The position numbers were made by a program, and so were the translations under genes. The notes below the pieces were generated by a model, which saw only the letters and a program-made list of their open reading frames with translations, did not search any database and was not told the DNA's origin. Positions 39,321-54,400 of a stretch of 64,000 bases of DNA are shown in pieces. Numbering within the stretch: the stretch's first letter is position 1; the number at the start of each line of letters is the position of its first letter. Source of the stretch: Auanema rhodensis (taxonomy: Eukaryota > Animalia > Nematoda); NCBI GenBank assembly GCA_964057225.1, contig OZ059897.1:19220001-19284000 (forward strand), read 5' to 3'.

Positions 39321-42300
39321 AAAAAGTAGATGTTTTTAGATTCCTTTTTTCAAGGCAAAGACGATGGACAATGTAATTCAACGAAAAAATTAATTCTTCA
39401 GGGTGAAAATCGAGGATATAAGTGTAAACTTATATCAGTTGATATCTCGGTGCATTTTTAAGCTAGCGCAAATCTGATAACACAGATCGACGCAGCTTAA
39501 AAATCCGCATCGAATGCACTATACTACATTGAGAAACGCTTAATACAGAAATTAGTTATGATCGTTTGAAAAATGATGCATTAGTGTATGTTGAGTTTCC
39601 ATGTACACTCAACATTGCTTCCAAAAACATTTTGACAAAAATTTTTTCGAAAAATTTCAAAATAATTTAGCAAAAAGTAGATGTTTTTAGATTCCTTTTT
39701 TCAAGGCAAAGACGATGGACAATGTAATTCAACGAAAAAATTAATTCTTCAGGGTGAAAATCGAGGATATAAGTGTAAACTTATATCAGTTGATATCTCG
39801 GTGCATTTTTAAGCTAGCGCAAATCTGATAACACAGATCGACGCAGCTTAAAAATCCGCATCGAATGCACTATACTACATTGAGAAACGCTTAATACAGA
39901 AATTAGTTATGATCGTTTGAAAAATGATGCATTAGTGTATGTTGAGTTTCCATGTACACTCAACATTGCTTCCAAAAACATTTTGACAAAAATTTTTTCG
40001 AAAAATTTCAAAAAAAATAAAGCAAAAAGTAGATGTTTTTAGATTCCTTTTTTCAAGGCAAAGACGATGGACAATGTTATTTAACGAAAAAATTAATTCT
40101 TCAGGGTGAAAATCGAGGATATAAGTGTAAACTTATATCAGTTGATATCTCGGTGCATTTTTAAGCTAGCGCAAATCTGATAACACAGATCGACGCAGCT
40201 TAAAAATCCGCATCGAATGCACTATACTACATTGAGAAACGCTTAATACAGAAATTAGTTATGATCGTTTGAAAAATGATGCATTAGTGTATGTTGAGTT
40301 TCCATGTACACTCAACATTGCTTCCAAAAACATTTTGACAAAAATTTTTTCGAAAAATTTCAAAATAATTTAGCAAAAAGTAGATGTTTTTAGATTCCTT
40401 TTTTCAAGGCAAAGACGATGGACAATGTAATTCAACGAAAAAATTAATTCTTCAGGGTGAAAATCGAGGATATAAGTGTAAACTTATATCAGTTGATATC
40501 TCGGTGCATTTTTAAGCTAGCGCAAATCTGATAACACAGATCGACGCAGCTTAAAAATCCGCATCGAATGCACTATACTACATTGAGAAACGCTTAATAC
40601 AAAAATTAGTTATGATCGTTTGAAAAATGATGCATTAGTGTATGTTGAGTTTCCATGTACACTCAACATTGCTTCCAAAAACATTTTGACAAAAATTTTT
40701 TCGAAAAATTTCAAAATAATTTAGCAAAAAGTAGATGTTTTTAGATTCCTTTTTTCAAGGCAAAGACGATGGACAATGTAATTCAACGAAAAAATTAATT
40801 CTTCAGGGTGAAAATCGAGGATATAAGTGTAAACTTATATCAGTTGATATCTCGGTGCATTTTTAAGCTAGCGCAAATCTGATAACACAGATCGACGCAG
40901 CTTAAAAATCCGCATCGAATGCACTATACTACATTGAGAAACGCTTAATACAGAAATTAGTTATGATCGTTTGAAAAATGATGCATTAGTGTATGTTGAG
41001 TTTCCATGTACACTCAACATTGCTTCCAAAAACATTTTGACAAAAATTTTTTCGAAAAATTTCAAAATAATTTAGCAAAAAGTAGATGTTTTTAGATTCC
41101 TTTTTTCAAGGCAAAGACGATGGACAATGTTATTTAACGAAAAAATTAATTCTTCAGGGTGAAAATCGAGGATATAAGTGTAAACTTATATCAGTTGATA
41201 TCTCGGTGCATTTTTAAGCTAGCGCAAATCTGATAACACAGATCGACGCAGCTTAAAAATCCGCATCGAATGCACTATACTACATTGAGAAACGCTTAAT
41301 ACAGAAATTAGTTATGATCGTTTGAAAAATGATGCATTAGTGTATGTTGAGTTTCCATGTACACTCAACATTGCTTCCAAAAACATTTTGACAAAAATTT
41401 TTTCGAAAAATTTCAAAATAATTTAGCAAAAAGTAGATGTTTTTAGATTCCTTTTTTCAAGGCAAAGACGATGGACAATGTAATTCAACGAAAAAATTAA
41501 TTCTTCAGGGTGAAAATCGAGGATATAAGTGTAAACTTATATCAGTTGATATCTCGGTGCATTTTTAAGCTAGCGCAAATCTGATAACACAGATCGACGC
41601 AGCTTAAAAATCCGCATCGAATGCACTATACTACATTGAGAAACGCTTAATACAAAAATTAGTTATGATCGTTTGAAAAATGATGCATTAGTGTATGTTG
41701 AGTTTCCATGTACACTCAACATTGCTTCCAAAAACATTTTGACAAAAATTTTTTCGAAAAATTTCAAAATAATTTAGCAAAAAGTAGATGTTTTTAGATT
41801 CCTTTTTTCAAGGCAAAGACGATGGACAATGTTATTTAACGAAAAAATTAATTCTTCAGGGTGAAAATCGAGGATATAAGTGTAAACTTATATCAGTTGA
41901 TATCTCGGTGCATTTTTAAGCTAGCGCAAATCTGATAACACAGATCGACGCAGCTTAAAAATCCGCATCGAATGCACTATACTACATTGAGAAACGCTTA
42001 ATACAGAAATTAGTTATGATCGTTTGAAAAATGATGCATTAGTGTATGTTGAGTTTCCATGTACACTCAACATTGCTTCCAAAAACATTTTGACAAAAAT
42101 TTTTTCGAAAAATTTCAAAATAATTTAGCAAAAAGTAGATGTTTCTAGATTCCTTTTTTCAAGGCAAAGACGATGGACATTGTTATTTAACGAAAAAATT
42201 AATTCTTCAGGGTGAAAATCGAGGATATAAGTGTGAACTTATATCAGTTGATATCTCGGTGCATTTTTAAGCTAGCGCAAATCTGATAACACAGATCGAC

Positions 42301-43884
42301 GCAGCTTAAAAATCCGCATCGAATGCACTATACTACATTGAGAAACGCTTAATACAGAAATTAGTTATGATCGTTTGAAAAATGATGCATTAGTGTATGT
42401 TGAGTTTCCATGTACACTCAACATTGCTTCCAAAAACATTTTGACAAAAATTTTTTCGAAAAATTTCAAAATAATTTAGCAAAAAGTAGATGTTTCTAGA
42501 TTCCTTTTTTCAAGGCAAAGACGATGGACATTGTTATTTAACGAAAAAATTAATTCTTCAGGGTGAAAATCGAGGATATAAGTGTGAACTTATATCAGTT
42601 GATATCTCGGTGCATTTTTAAGCTAGCGCAAATCTGATAACACAGATCGACGCAGCTTAAAAATCCGCATCGAATGCACTATACTACATTGAGAAACGCT
42701 TAATACAGAAATTAGTTATGATCGTTTGAAAAATGATGCATTAGTGTATGTTGAGTTTCCATGTACACTCAACATTGCTTCCAAAAACATTTTGACAAAA
42801 ATTTTTTCGAAAAATTTCAAAATAATTTAGCAAAAAGTAGATGTTTCTAGATTCCTTTTTTCAAGGCAAAGACGATGGACATTGTTATTTAACGAAAAAA
42901 TTAATTCTTCAGGGTGAAAATCGAGGATATAAGTGTGAACTTATATCAGTTGATATCTCGGTGCATTTTTAAGCTAGCGCAAATCTGATAACACAGATCG
43001 ACGCAGCTTAAAAATCCGCATCGAATGCACTATACTACATTGAGAAACGCTTAATACAGAAATTAGTTATGATCGTTTGAAAAATGATGCATTAGTGTAT
43101 GTTGAGTTTCCATGTACACTCAACATTGCTTCCAAAAACATTTTGACAAAAATTTTTTCGAAAAATTTCAAAATAATTTAGCAAAAAGTAGATGTTTCTA
43201 GATTCCTTTTTTCAAGGCAAAGACGATGGACATTGTTATTTAACGAAAAAATTAATTCTTCAGGGTGAAAATCGAGGATATAAGTGTGAACTTATATCAG
43301 TTGATATCTCGGTGCATTTTTAAGCTAGCGCAAATCTGATAACACAGATCGACGCAGCTTAAAAATCCGCATCGAATGCACTATACTACATTGAGAAACG
43401 CTTAATACAGAAATTAGTTATGATCGTTTGAAAAATGATGCATTAGTGTATGTTGAGTTTCCATGTACACTCAACATTGCTTCCAAAAACATTTTGACAA
43501 AAATTTTTTCGAAAAATTTCAAAATAATTTAGCAAAAAGTAGATGTTTCTAGATTCCTTTTTTCAAGGCAAAGACGATGGACATTGTTATTTAACGAAAA
43601 AATTAATTCTTCAGGGTGAAAATCGAGGATATAAGTGTGAACTTATATCAGTTGATATCTCGGTGCATTTTTAAGCTAGCGCAAATCTGATAACACAGAT
43701 CGACGCAGCTTAAAAATCCGCATCGAATGCACTATACTACATTGAGAAACGCTTAATACGAAAATTAGTTATGATCGTTTGAAAAATGATGCATTAGTGT
43801 ATGTTGAGTTTCCATGTACACTCAACATTGCTTCCAAAAACATTTTGACAAAAATTTTTTCGAAAAATTTCAAAATAATTTAGC
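28091..43884. repeat. Middle variant domain of the array
   Basis: First appearances of TTATTTAACG (28149), TACAGAAA (29020), ATGTAATT (29198), AGCGAAAAG, CTAACGC/CAGAGATC and CATGGAAT. GTGTAAAC becomes dominant. Some of these markers trail into 44-51 kb. Confidence 0.8.
42130..43884. repeat. Run of five near-identical variant monomers (XbaI+ type)
   Basis: GTTTCTAGAT + GGACATTG + TTTAACG + GTGAAC occur together in monomers starting 42130, 42481, 42832, 43183 and 43534. One further copy starts at 45289. Confidence 0.93.
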
Positions 43885-46800
43885 AAAAAGTAGATGTTTT
43901 TAGATTCCTTTTTTCAAGGCAAAGACGATGGACAATGTTATTCAACGAAAAAATTAATTCTTCAGGGTGAAAATCGAGGATATAAGTGTGAACTTATATC
44001 AGTTGATATCTCGGTACATTTTTAAGCTAGCGCAAATCTGATAACATAGATCGACGCAGCTTACAAATCCGCATCGAATGCACTATACTACATGGAAGAA
44101 CGCTTAATACAAAAATTAGTTATGATCGTTTGAAAAATGATGCATTAGTGTATGTTGAGTTTCCATGTACACTCAACATTGCTTCCAAAAACATTTTGAC
44201 AAAAATTTTTTCGAAAAATTTCAAAATAATTTAGCAAAAAGTAGATGTTTTTAGATTCCTTTTTTCAAGGCAAAGACGATGGACAATGTAATTCAACGAA
44301 AAAATTAATTCTTCAGGGTGAAAATCGAGGATATAAGTGTAAACTTATATCAGTTGATATCTCGGTGCATTTTTAAGCTAGCGCAAATCTGATAACACAG
44401 ATCGACGCAGCTTAAAAATCCGCATCGAATGCACTATACTACATTGAGAAACGCTTAATACAGAAATTAGTTATGATCGTTTGAAAAATGATGCATTAGT
44501 GTATGTTGAGTTTCCATGTACACTCAACATTGCTTCCAAAAACATTTTGACAAAAATGTTTTCGAAAAATTTCAAAATAATTTAGCAAAAAGTAGATGTT
44601 TTTAGATTCCTTTTTTCAAGGCAAAGACGATGGACAATGTTATTTAACGAAAAAATTAATTCTTCAGGGTGAAAATCGAGGATATAAGTGTAAACTTATA
44701 TCAGTTTATATCTCGGTGCATTTTTAAGCTAGCGCAAATCTGATAACACAGATCGACGCAGCTTAAAAATCCGCATCGAATGCACTATACTACATTGAGA
44801 AACGCTTAATACAGAAATTAGTTATGATCGTTTGAAAAATGATGCATTAGTGTATGTTGAGTTTCCATGTACACTCAACATTGCTTCCAAAAACATTTTG
44901 ACAAAAATTTTTTCGAAAAATTTCAAAATAATTTAGCAAAAAGTAGATGTTTTTAGATTCCTTTTTTCAAGGCAAAGACGATGGACAATGTAATTCAACG
45001 AAAAAATTAATTCTTCAGGGTGAAAATCGAGGATATAAGTGTAAACTTATATCAGTTGATATCTCGGTGCATTTTTAAGCTAGCGCAAATCTGATAACAC
45101 AGATCGACGCAGCTTAAAAATCCGCATCGAATGCACTATACTACATTGAGAAACGCTTAATACAAAAATTAGTTATGATCGTTTGAAAAATGATGCATTA
45201 GTGTATGTTGAGTTTCCATGTACACTCAACATTGCTTCCAAAAACATTTTGACAAAAATTTTTTCGAAAAATTTCAAAATAATTTAGCAAAAAGTAGATG
45301 TTTCTAGATTCCTTTTTTCAAGGCAAAGACGATGGACATTGTTATTTAACGAAAAAATTAATTCTTCAGGGTGAAAATCGAGGATATAAGTGTGAACTTA
45401 TATCAGTTGATATCTCGGTGCATTTTTAAGCTAGCGCAAATCTGATAACACAGATCGACGCAGCTTAAAAATCCGCATCGAATGCACTATACTACATTGA
45501 GAAACGCTTAATACAAAAATTAGTTATGATCGTTTGAAAAATGATGCATTAGTGTATGTTGAGTTTCCATGTACACTCAACATTGCTTCCAAAAACATTT
45601 TGACAAAAATTTTTTCGAAAAATTTCAAAATAATTTAGCAAAAAGTAGATGTTTTTAGATTCCTTTTTTCAAGGCAAAGACGATGGACAATGTTATTTAA
45701 CGAAAAAATTAATTCTTCAGGGTGAAAATCGAGGATATAAGTGTAAACTTATATCAGTTGATATCTCGGTGCATTTTTAAGCTAGCGCAAATCTGATAAC
45801 ACAGATCGACGCAGCTTAAAAATCCGCATCGAATGCACTATACTACCTTGAGAAACGCTTAATACAAAAATTAGTTATGATCGTTTGAAAAATGATGCAT
45901 TAGTGTATGTTGAGTTTCCATGTACACTCAACATTGCTTCCAAAAACATTTTGACAAAAATTTTTTCGAAAAATTTCAAAATAATTTAGCAAAAAGTAGA
46001 TGTTTTTAGATTCCTTTTTTCAAGGCAAAGACGATGGACAATGTTATTTAACGAAAAAATTAATTCTTCAGGGTGAAAATCGAGGATATAAGTGTGAACT
46101 TATATCAGTTGATATCTCGGTACATTTTTAAGCTAGCGCAAATCTGATAACATAGATCGACGCAGCTTAAAAATCCGCATCGAATGCACTATACTACATG
46201 GAAGAACGCTTAATACAAAAATTAGTTATGATCGTTTGAAAAATGATGCATTAGTGTATGTTGAGTTTCCATGTACACTCAACATTGCTTCCAAAAACAT
46301 TTTGACAAAAATTTTTTCGAAAAATTTCAAAATAATTTAGCAAAAAGTAGATGTTTTTAGATTCCTTTTTTCAAGGCAAAGACGATGGACAATGTTATTT
46401 AACGAAAAAATTAATTCTTCAGGGTGAAAATCGAGGATATAAGTGTAAACTTATATCAGTTGATATCTCGGTGCATTTTTAAGCTAGCGCAAATCTGATA
46501 ACACAGATCGACGCAGCTTAAAAATCCGCATCGAATGCACTATACTACATTGAGAAACGCTTAATACAAAAATTAGTTATGATCGTTTGAAAAATGATGC
46601 ATTAGTGTATGTTGAGTTTCCATGTACACTCAACATTGCTTCCAAAAACATTTTGACAAAAATTTTTTCGAAAAATTTCAAAATAATTTAGCAAAAAGTA
46701 GATGTTTTTAGATTCCTTTTTTCAAGGCAAACACGATGGACAATGTTATTTAACGAAAAAATTAATTCTTCAGGGTGAAAATCGAGGATATAAGTGTAAA

Positions 46801-49800
46801 CTTATATCAGTTGATATCTCGGTGCATTTTTAAGCTAGCGCAAATCTGATAACACAGATCGACGCAGCTTAAAAATCCGCATCGAATGCACTATACTACC
46901 TTGAGAAACGCTTAATACAAAAATTAGTTATGATCGTTTGAAAAATGATGCATTAGTGTATGTTGAGTTTCCATGTACACTCAACATTGCTTCCAAAAAC
47001 ATTTTGACAAAAATTTTTTCGAAAAATTTCAAAATAATTTAGCAAAAAGTAGATGTTTTTAGATTCCTTTTTTCAAGGCAAAGACGATGGACAATGTTAT
47101 TTAACGAAAAAATTAATTCTTCAGGGTGAAAATCGAGGATATAAGTGTGAACTTATATCAGTTGATATCTCGGTACATTTTTAAGCTAGCGCAAATCTGA
47201 TAACATAGATCGACGCAGCTTAAAAATCCGCATCGAATGCACTATACTACATGGAAGAACGCTTAATACAAAAATTAGTTATGATCGTTTGAAAAATGAT
47301 GCATTAGTGTATGTTGAGTTTCCATGTACACTCAACATTGCTTCCAAAAACATTTTGACAAAAATTTTTTCGAAAAATTTCAAGATAATTTAGCAAAAAG
47401 TAGATGTTTTTAGATTCCTTTTTTCAAGGCAAAGACGATGGACAATGTTATTTAACGAAAAAATTAATTCTTCAGGGTGAAAATCGAGGATATAAGTGTA
47501 AACTTATATCAGTTGATATCTCGGTGCATTTTTAAGCTAGCGCAAATCTGATAACACAGATCGACGCAGCTTAAAAATCCGCATCGAATGCACTATACTA
47601 CATTGAGAAACGCTTAATACAAAAATTAGTTATGATCGTTTGAAAAATGATGCATTAGTGTATGTTGAGTTTCCATGTACACTCAACATTGCTTCCAAAA
47701 ACATTTTGACAAAAATTTTTTCGAAAAATTTCAAAATAATTTAGCAAAAAGTAGATGTTTTTAGATTCCTTTTTTCAAGGCAAAGACGATGGACAATGTT
47801 ATTCAACGAAAAAATTAATTCTTCAGGGTGAAAATCGAGGATATAAGTGTGAACTTATATCAGTTGATATCTCGGTACATTTTTAAGCTAGCGCAAATCT
47901 GATAACACAGATCGACGCAGCTTAAAAATCCGCATCGAATGCACTATACTACATGGAAGAACGCTTAATACAAAAATTAGTTATGATCGTTTGAAAAATG
48001 ATGCATTAGTGTATGTTGAGTTTCCATGTACACTCAACATTGCTTCCAAAAACATTTTGACAAAAATTTTTTCGAAAAATTTCAAAATAATTTAGCAAAA
48101 AGTAGATGTTTTTAGATTCCTTTTTTCAAGGCGAAGACGATGGACAATGTTATTTAACGAAAAAATTATTTCTTCAGGGTGAAAATCGAGGATATAAGTG
48201 TAAACTTATATCAGTTGATATCTCGGTGCATTTTTAAGCTAGCGCAAATCTGATAACACAGATCGACGCAGCTTAAAAATCCGCATCGAATGCACTATAC
48301 TACCTTGAGAAACGCTTAATACAAAAATTAGTTATGATCGTTTGAAAAATGATGCATTAGTGTATGTTGAGTTTCCATGTACACTCAACATTGCTTCCAA
48401 AAACATTTTGACAAAAATTTTTTCGAAAAATTTCAAAATAATTTAGCAAAAAGTAGATGTTTTTAGATTCCTTTTTTCAAGGCAAAGACGATGGACAATG
48501 TTATTCAACGAAAAAATTAATTCTTCAGGGTGAAAATCGAGGATATAAGTGTGAACTTATATCAGTTGATATCTCGGTACATTTTTAAGCTAGCGCAAAT
48601 CTGATAACATAGATCGACGCAGCTTAAAAATCCGCATCGAATGCACTATACTACATTGAGAAACGCTTAATACAAAAATTAGTTATGATCGTTTGAAAAA
48701 TGATGCATTAGTGTATGTTGAGTTTCCATGTACACTCAACATTGCTTCCAAAAACATTTTGACAAAAATTTTTTCGAAAAATTTCAAAATAATTTAGCAA
48801 AAAGTAGATGTTTTTTGATTCCTTTTTTCAAGGCAGAGACGATGGACAATGTTATTTAACGAAAAAATTAATTCTTCAGGGTGAAAATCGAGGATATAAG
48901 TGTAAACTTATATCAGTTGATATCTCGGTGCATTTTTAAGCTAGCGCAAATCTGATAACACAGATCGACGCAGCTTAAAAATCCGCATCGAATGCACTAT
49001 ACTACCTTGAGAAACGCTTAATACAAAAATTAGTTATGATCGTTTGAAAAATGATGCATTAGTGTATGTTGAGTTTCCATGTACACTCAACATTGCTTCC
49101 AAAAACATTTTGACAAAAATTTTTTCGAAAAATTTCAAAATAATTTAGCAAAAAGTAGATGTTTTTAGATTCCTTTTTTCAAGGCAAAGACGATGGACAA
49201 TGTTATTTAACGAAAAAATTAATTCTTCAGGGTGAAAATCGAGGATATAAGTGTGAACTTATATCAGTTGATATCTCGGTACATTTTTAAGCTAGCGCAA
49301 ATCTGATAACATAGATCGACGCAGCTTAAAAATCCGCATCGAATGCACTATACTACATGGAAGAACGCTTAATACAAAAATTAGTTATGATCGTTTGAAA
49401 AATGATGCATTAGTGTATGTTGAGTTTCCATGTACACTCAACATTGCTTCCAAAAACATTTTGACAAAAATTTTTTCGAAAAATTTCAAGATAATTTAGC
49501 AAAAAGTAGATGTTTTTAGATTCCTTTTTTCAAGGCAAAGACGATGGACAATGTTATTTAACGAAAAAATTAATTCTTCAGGGTGAAAATCGAGGATATA
49601 AGTGTGAACTTATATCAGTTGATATCTCGGTGCATTTTTAAGCTAGCGCAAATCTGATAACACAGATCGACGCAGCTTAAAAATCCGCATCGAATGCACT
49701 ATACTACATGGAAGAACGCTTAATACAAAAATTAGTTATGATCGTTTGAAAAATGATGCATTAGTGTATGTTGAGTTTCCATGTACACTCAACATTGCTT

Positions 49801-51499
49801 CCAAAAACATTTTGACAAAAATTTTTTCGAAAAATTTCAAAATAATTTAGCAAAAAGTAGATGTTTTTAGATTCCTTTTTTCAAGGCAAAGACGATGGAC
49901 AATGTTATTTAACGAAAAAATTAATTCTTCAGGGTGAAAATCGAGGATATAAGTGTAAACTTATATCAGTTGATATCTCGGTGCATTTTTAAGCTAGCGC
50001 AAATCTGATAACACAGATCGACGCAGCTTAAAAATCCGCATCGAATGCACTATACTACATTGAGAAACGCTTAATACAAAAATTAGTTATGATCGTTTGA
50101 AAAATGATGCATTAGTGTATGTTGAGTTTCCATGTACACTCAACATTGCTTCCAAAAACATTTTGACAAAAATTTTTTCGAAAAATTTCAAAATAATTTA
50201 GCAAAAAGTAGATGTTTTTAGATTCCTTTTTTCAAGGCAAAGACGATGGACAATGTTATTCAACGAAAAAATTAATTCTTCAGGGTGAAAATCGAGGATA
50301 TAAGTGTGAACTTATATCAGTTGATATCTCGGTACATTTTTAAGCTAGCGCAAATCTGATAACATAGATCGACGCAGCTTAAAAATCCGCATCGAATGCA
50401 CTATACTACATGGAAGAACGCTTAATACAAAAATTAGTTATGATCGTTTGAAAAATGATGCATTAGTGTATGTTGAGTTTCCATGTACACTCAACATTGC
50501 TTGCAAAAACATTTTGACAAAAATTTTTTCGAAAAATTTCAAGATAATTTAGCAAAAAGTAGATGTTTTTAGATTCCTTTTTTCAAGGCAAAGACGATGG
50601 ACAATGTTATTTAACGAAAAAATTAATTCTTCAGGGTGAAAATCGAGGATATAAGTGTAAACTTATATCAGTTGATATCTCGGTGCATTTTTAAGCTAGC
50701 GCAAATCTGATAACACAGATCGACGCAGCTTAAAAATCCGCATCGAATGCACTATACTACATTGAGAAACGCTTAATACAAAAATTAGTTATGATCGTTT
50801 GAAAAATGATGCATTAGTGTATGTTGAGTTTCCATGTACACTCAACATTGCTTGCAAAAACATTTTGACAAAAATTTTTTCGAAAAATTTCAAGATAATT
50901 TAGCAAAAAGTAGATGTTTTTAGATTCCTTTTTTCAAGGCAAAGACGATGGACAATGTTATTTAACGAAAAAATTAATTCTTCAGGGTGAAAATCGAGGA
51001 TATAAGTGTAAACTTATATCAGTTGATATCTCGGTGCATTTTTAAGCTAGCGCAAATCTGATAACACAGATCGACGCAGCTTAAAAATCCGCATCGAATG
51101 CACTATACTACATTGAGAAACGCTTAATACAAAAATTAGTTATGATCGTTTGAAAAATGATGCATGAGTGTATGTTGAGTTTCCATGTACACTCAACATT
51201 GCTTCCAAAAACATTTTGACAAAAATTTTTTCGAAAAATTTCAAAATAATTTAGCAAAAAGTAGATGTTTTTAGATTCCTTTTTTCAAGGCAAAGACGAT
51301 GGACAATGTTATTCAACGAAAAAATTAATTCTTCAGGGTGAAAATCGAGGATATAAGTGTAAACTTATATCAGTTGATATCTCGGTGCATTTTTAAGCTA
51401 GCGCAAATCTGATAACACAGATCGACGCAGCTTAAAAATCCGCATCGAATGCACTATACTACATTGAGAAACGCTTAATACAGAAATTAGTTATGATCG

Positions 51500-54400
51500 T
51501 TTGAAAAATGATGCATTAGTGTATGTTGAGTTTCCATGTACACTCAACATTGCTTCCAAAAACATTTTGACAAAAATTTTTTCGAAAAATTTCAAAATAA
51601 TTTAGCAAAAAGTAGATGTTTTTAGATTTCTTTTTTCAAGGCGAAGACGATGGACAATGTTATTCAACGAAAAAATTATTTCTTCAGGGTGAAAATCGAG
51701 GATATAAGTGTGAACTTATATCAGTTGATATATCGGTGCATTTTTAAGCTAGCGCAAATCTGATAACACAGATCGACGCAGCTTAAAAATCCGCATCGAA
51801 TGCACTATACTACATTGAGAAACGCTTAATACAAAAATTAGTTATGATCGTTTGAAAAATGATGCATTAGTGTATGTTGAGTTTCCATGTACACTCAACA
51901 TTGCTTCCAAAAACATTTTGACAAAAATTTTTTCAAAAAATTTCAAAATAATTTAGCAAAAAGTAGATGTTTTTAGATTCCTTTTTTCAAGGCGAAGACG
52001 ATGGACAATGTTATTCAACGAAAAAATTATTTCTTCAGGGTGAAAATCGAGGATATAAGTGTGAACTTATATCAGTTGATATATCGGTGCATTTTTAAGC
52101 TAGCGCAAATCTGATAACACAGATCGACGCAGCTTAAAAATCCGCATCGAATGCACTATACTACATGGAAGAACGCTTAATACAAAAATTAGTTATGATC
52201 GTTTGAAAAATGATGCATTAGTGTATGTTGAGTTTCCATGTACACTCAACATTGCTTCCAAAAACATTTTGACAAAAATTTTTTCGAAAAATTTCAAAAT
52301 AATTTAGCAAAAAGTAGATGTTTTTAGATTCCTTTTTTCAGAGCAAAGACGATGGACAATGTTATTCAACGAAAAAATTATTTCTTCAGGGTGAAAATCG
52401 AGGATATAAGTGTGAACTTATATCAGTTGATATATCGGTGCATTTTTAAGCTAGCGCAAATCTGATAACACAGATCGACGCAGCTTAAAAATCCGCATCG
52501 AATGCACTATACTACATTGAGAAACGCTTAATACAAAAATTAGTTATGATCGTTTGAAAAATGATGCATTAGTGTATGTTGAGTTTCCATGTACACTCAA
52601 CATTGCTTCCAAAAACATTTTGACAAAAATTTTTTCGAAAAATTTCAAAATAATTTAGCAAAAAGTAGATGTTTTTAGATTCCTTTTTTCAAGGCAAAGA
52701 CGATGGACAATGTTATTCAACGAAAAAATTAATTCTTCAGGGTGAAAATCGAGGATATAAGTGTGAACTTATATCAGTTGATATCTCGGTACATTTTTAA
52801 GCTAGCGCAAATCTGATAACACAGATCGACGCAGCTTAAAAATCCGCATCGAATGCACTATACTACATTGAGAAACGCTTTATACAAAAATTAGTTATGA
52901 TCGTTTGAAAAATGATGCATTAGTGTATGTTGAGTTTCCATGTACACTCAACATTGCTTCCAAAAACATTTTGACAAAAATTTTTTCGAAAAATTTCAAA
53001 ATAATTTAGCAAAAAGTAGATGTTTTTAGATTCCTTTTTTCAAGGCAAAGACGATGGACAATGTTATTCAACGAAAAAATTAATTCTTCAGGGTGAAAAT
53101 CGAGGATATAAGTGTGAACTTATATCAGTTGATATCTCGGTACATTTTTAAGCTAGCGCAAATCTGATAACACAGATCGACGCAGCTTAAAAATCCGCAT
53201 CGAATGCACTATACTACATTGAGAAACGCTTTATACAAAAATTAGTTATGATCGTTTGAAAAATGATGCATTAGTGTATGTTGAGTTTCCATGTACACTC
53301 AACATTGCTTCCAAAAACATTTTGACAAAAATTTTTTCGAAAAATTTCAAGATAATTTAGCAAAAAGTAGATGTTTTTAGATTCCTTTTTTCAAGGCAAA
53401 GACGATGGACAATGTTATTTAACGAAAAAATTAATTCTTCAGGGTGAAAATCGAGGATATAAGTGTAAACTTATATCAGTTGATATCTCGGTGCATTTTT
53501 AAGCTAGCGCAAATCTGATAACACAGATCGACGCAGCTTAAAAATCCGCATCGAATGCACTATACTACATTGAGAAACGCTTAATACAAAAATTAGTTAT
53601 GATCGTTTGAAAAATGATGCATTAGTGTATGTTGAGTTTCCATGTACACTCAACATTGCTTCCAAAAACATTTTGACAAAAATTTTTTCGAAAAATTTCA
53701 AAATAAATTAGCAAAAAGTAGATGTTTTTAGATTCCTTTTTTCAAGGCAAAGACGATGGACAATGTTATTCAACGAAAAAATTAATTCTTCAGGGTGAAA
53801 ATCGAGGATATAAGTGTAAACTTATATCAGTTGATATCTCGGTACATTTTTAAGCTAGCGCAAATCTGATAACATAGATCGACGCAGCTTAAAAATCCGC
53901 ATCGAATGCACTATACTACATTGAGAAACGCTTAATACAAAAATTAGTTATGATCGTTTGAAAAATGATGCATTAGTGTATGTTGAGTTTCCATGTACAC
54001 TCAACATTGCTTCCAAAAACATTTTGACAAAAATTTTTTCGAAAAATTTCAAAATAATTTAGCAAAAAGTAGATGTTTTTAGATTCCTTTTTTCAAGGCA
54101 AAGACGATGGACAATGTTATTCAACGAAAAAATTAATTCTTCAGGGTGAAAATCGAGGATATAAGTGTGAACTTATATCAGTTGATATCTCGGTACATTT
54201 TTAAGCTAGCGCAAATCTGATAACACAGATCGACGCAGCTTAAAAATCCGCATCGAATGCACTATACTACATGGAAGAACGCTTAATACAAAAATTAGTT
54301 ATGATCGTTTGAAAAATGATGCATTAGTGTATGTTGAGTTTCCATGTACACTCAACATTGCTTCCAAAAACATTTTGACAAAAATTTTTTCGAAAAATTT

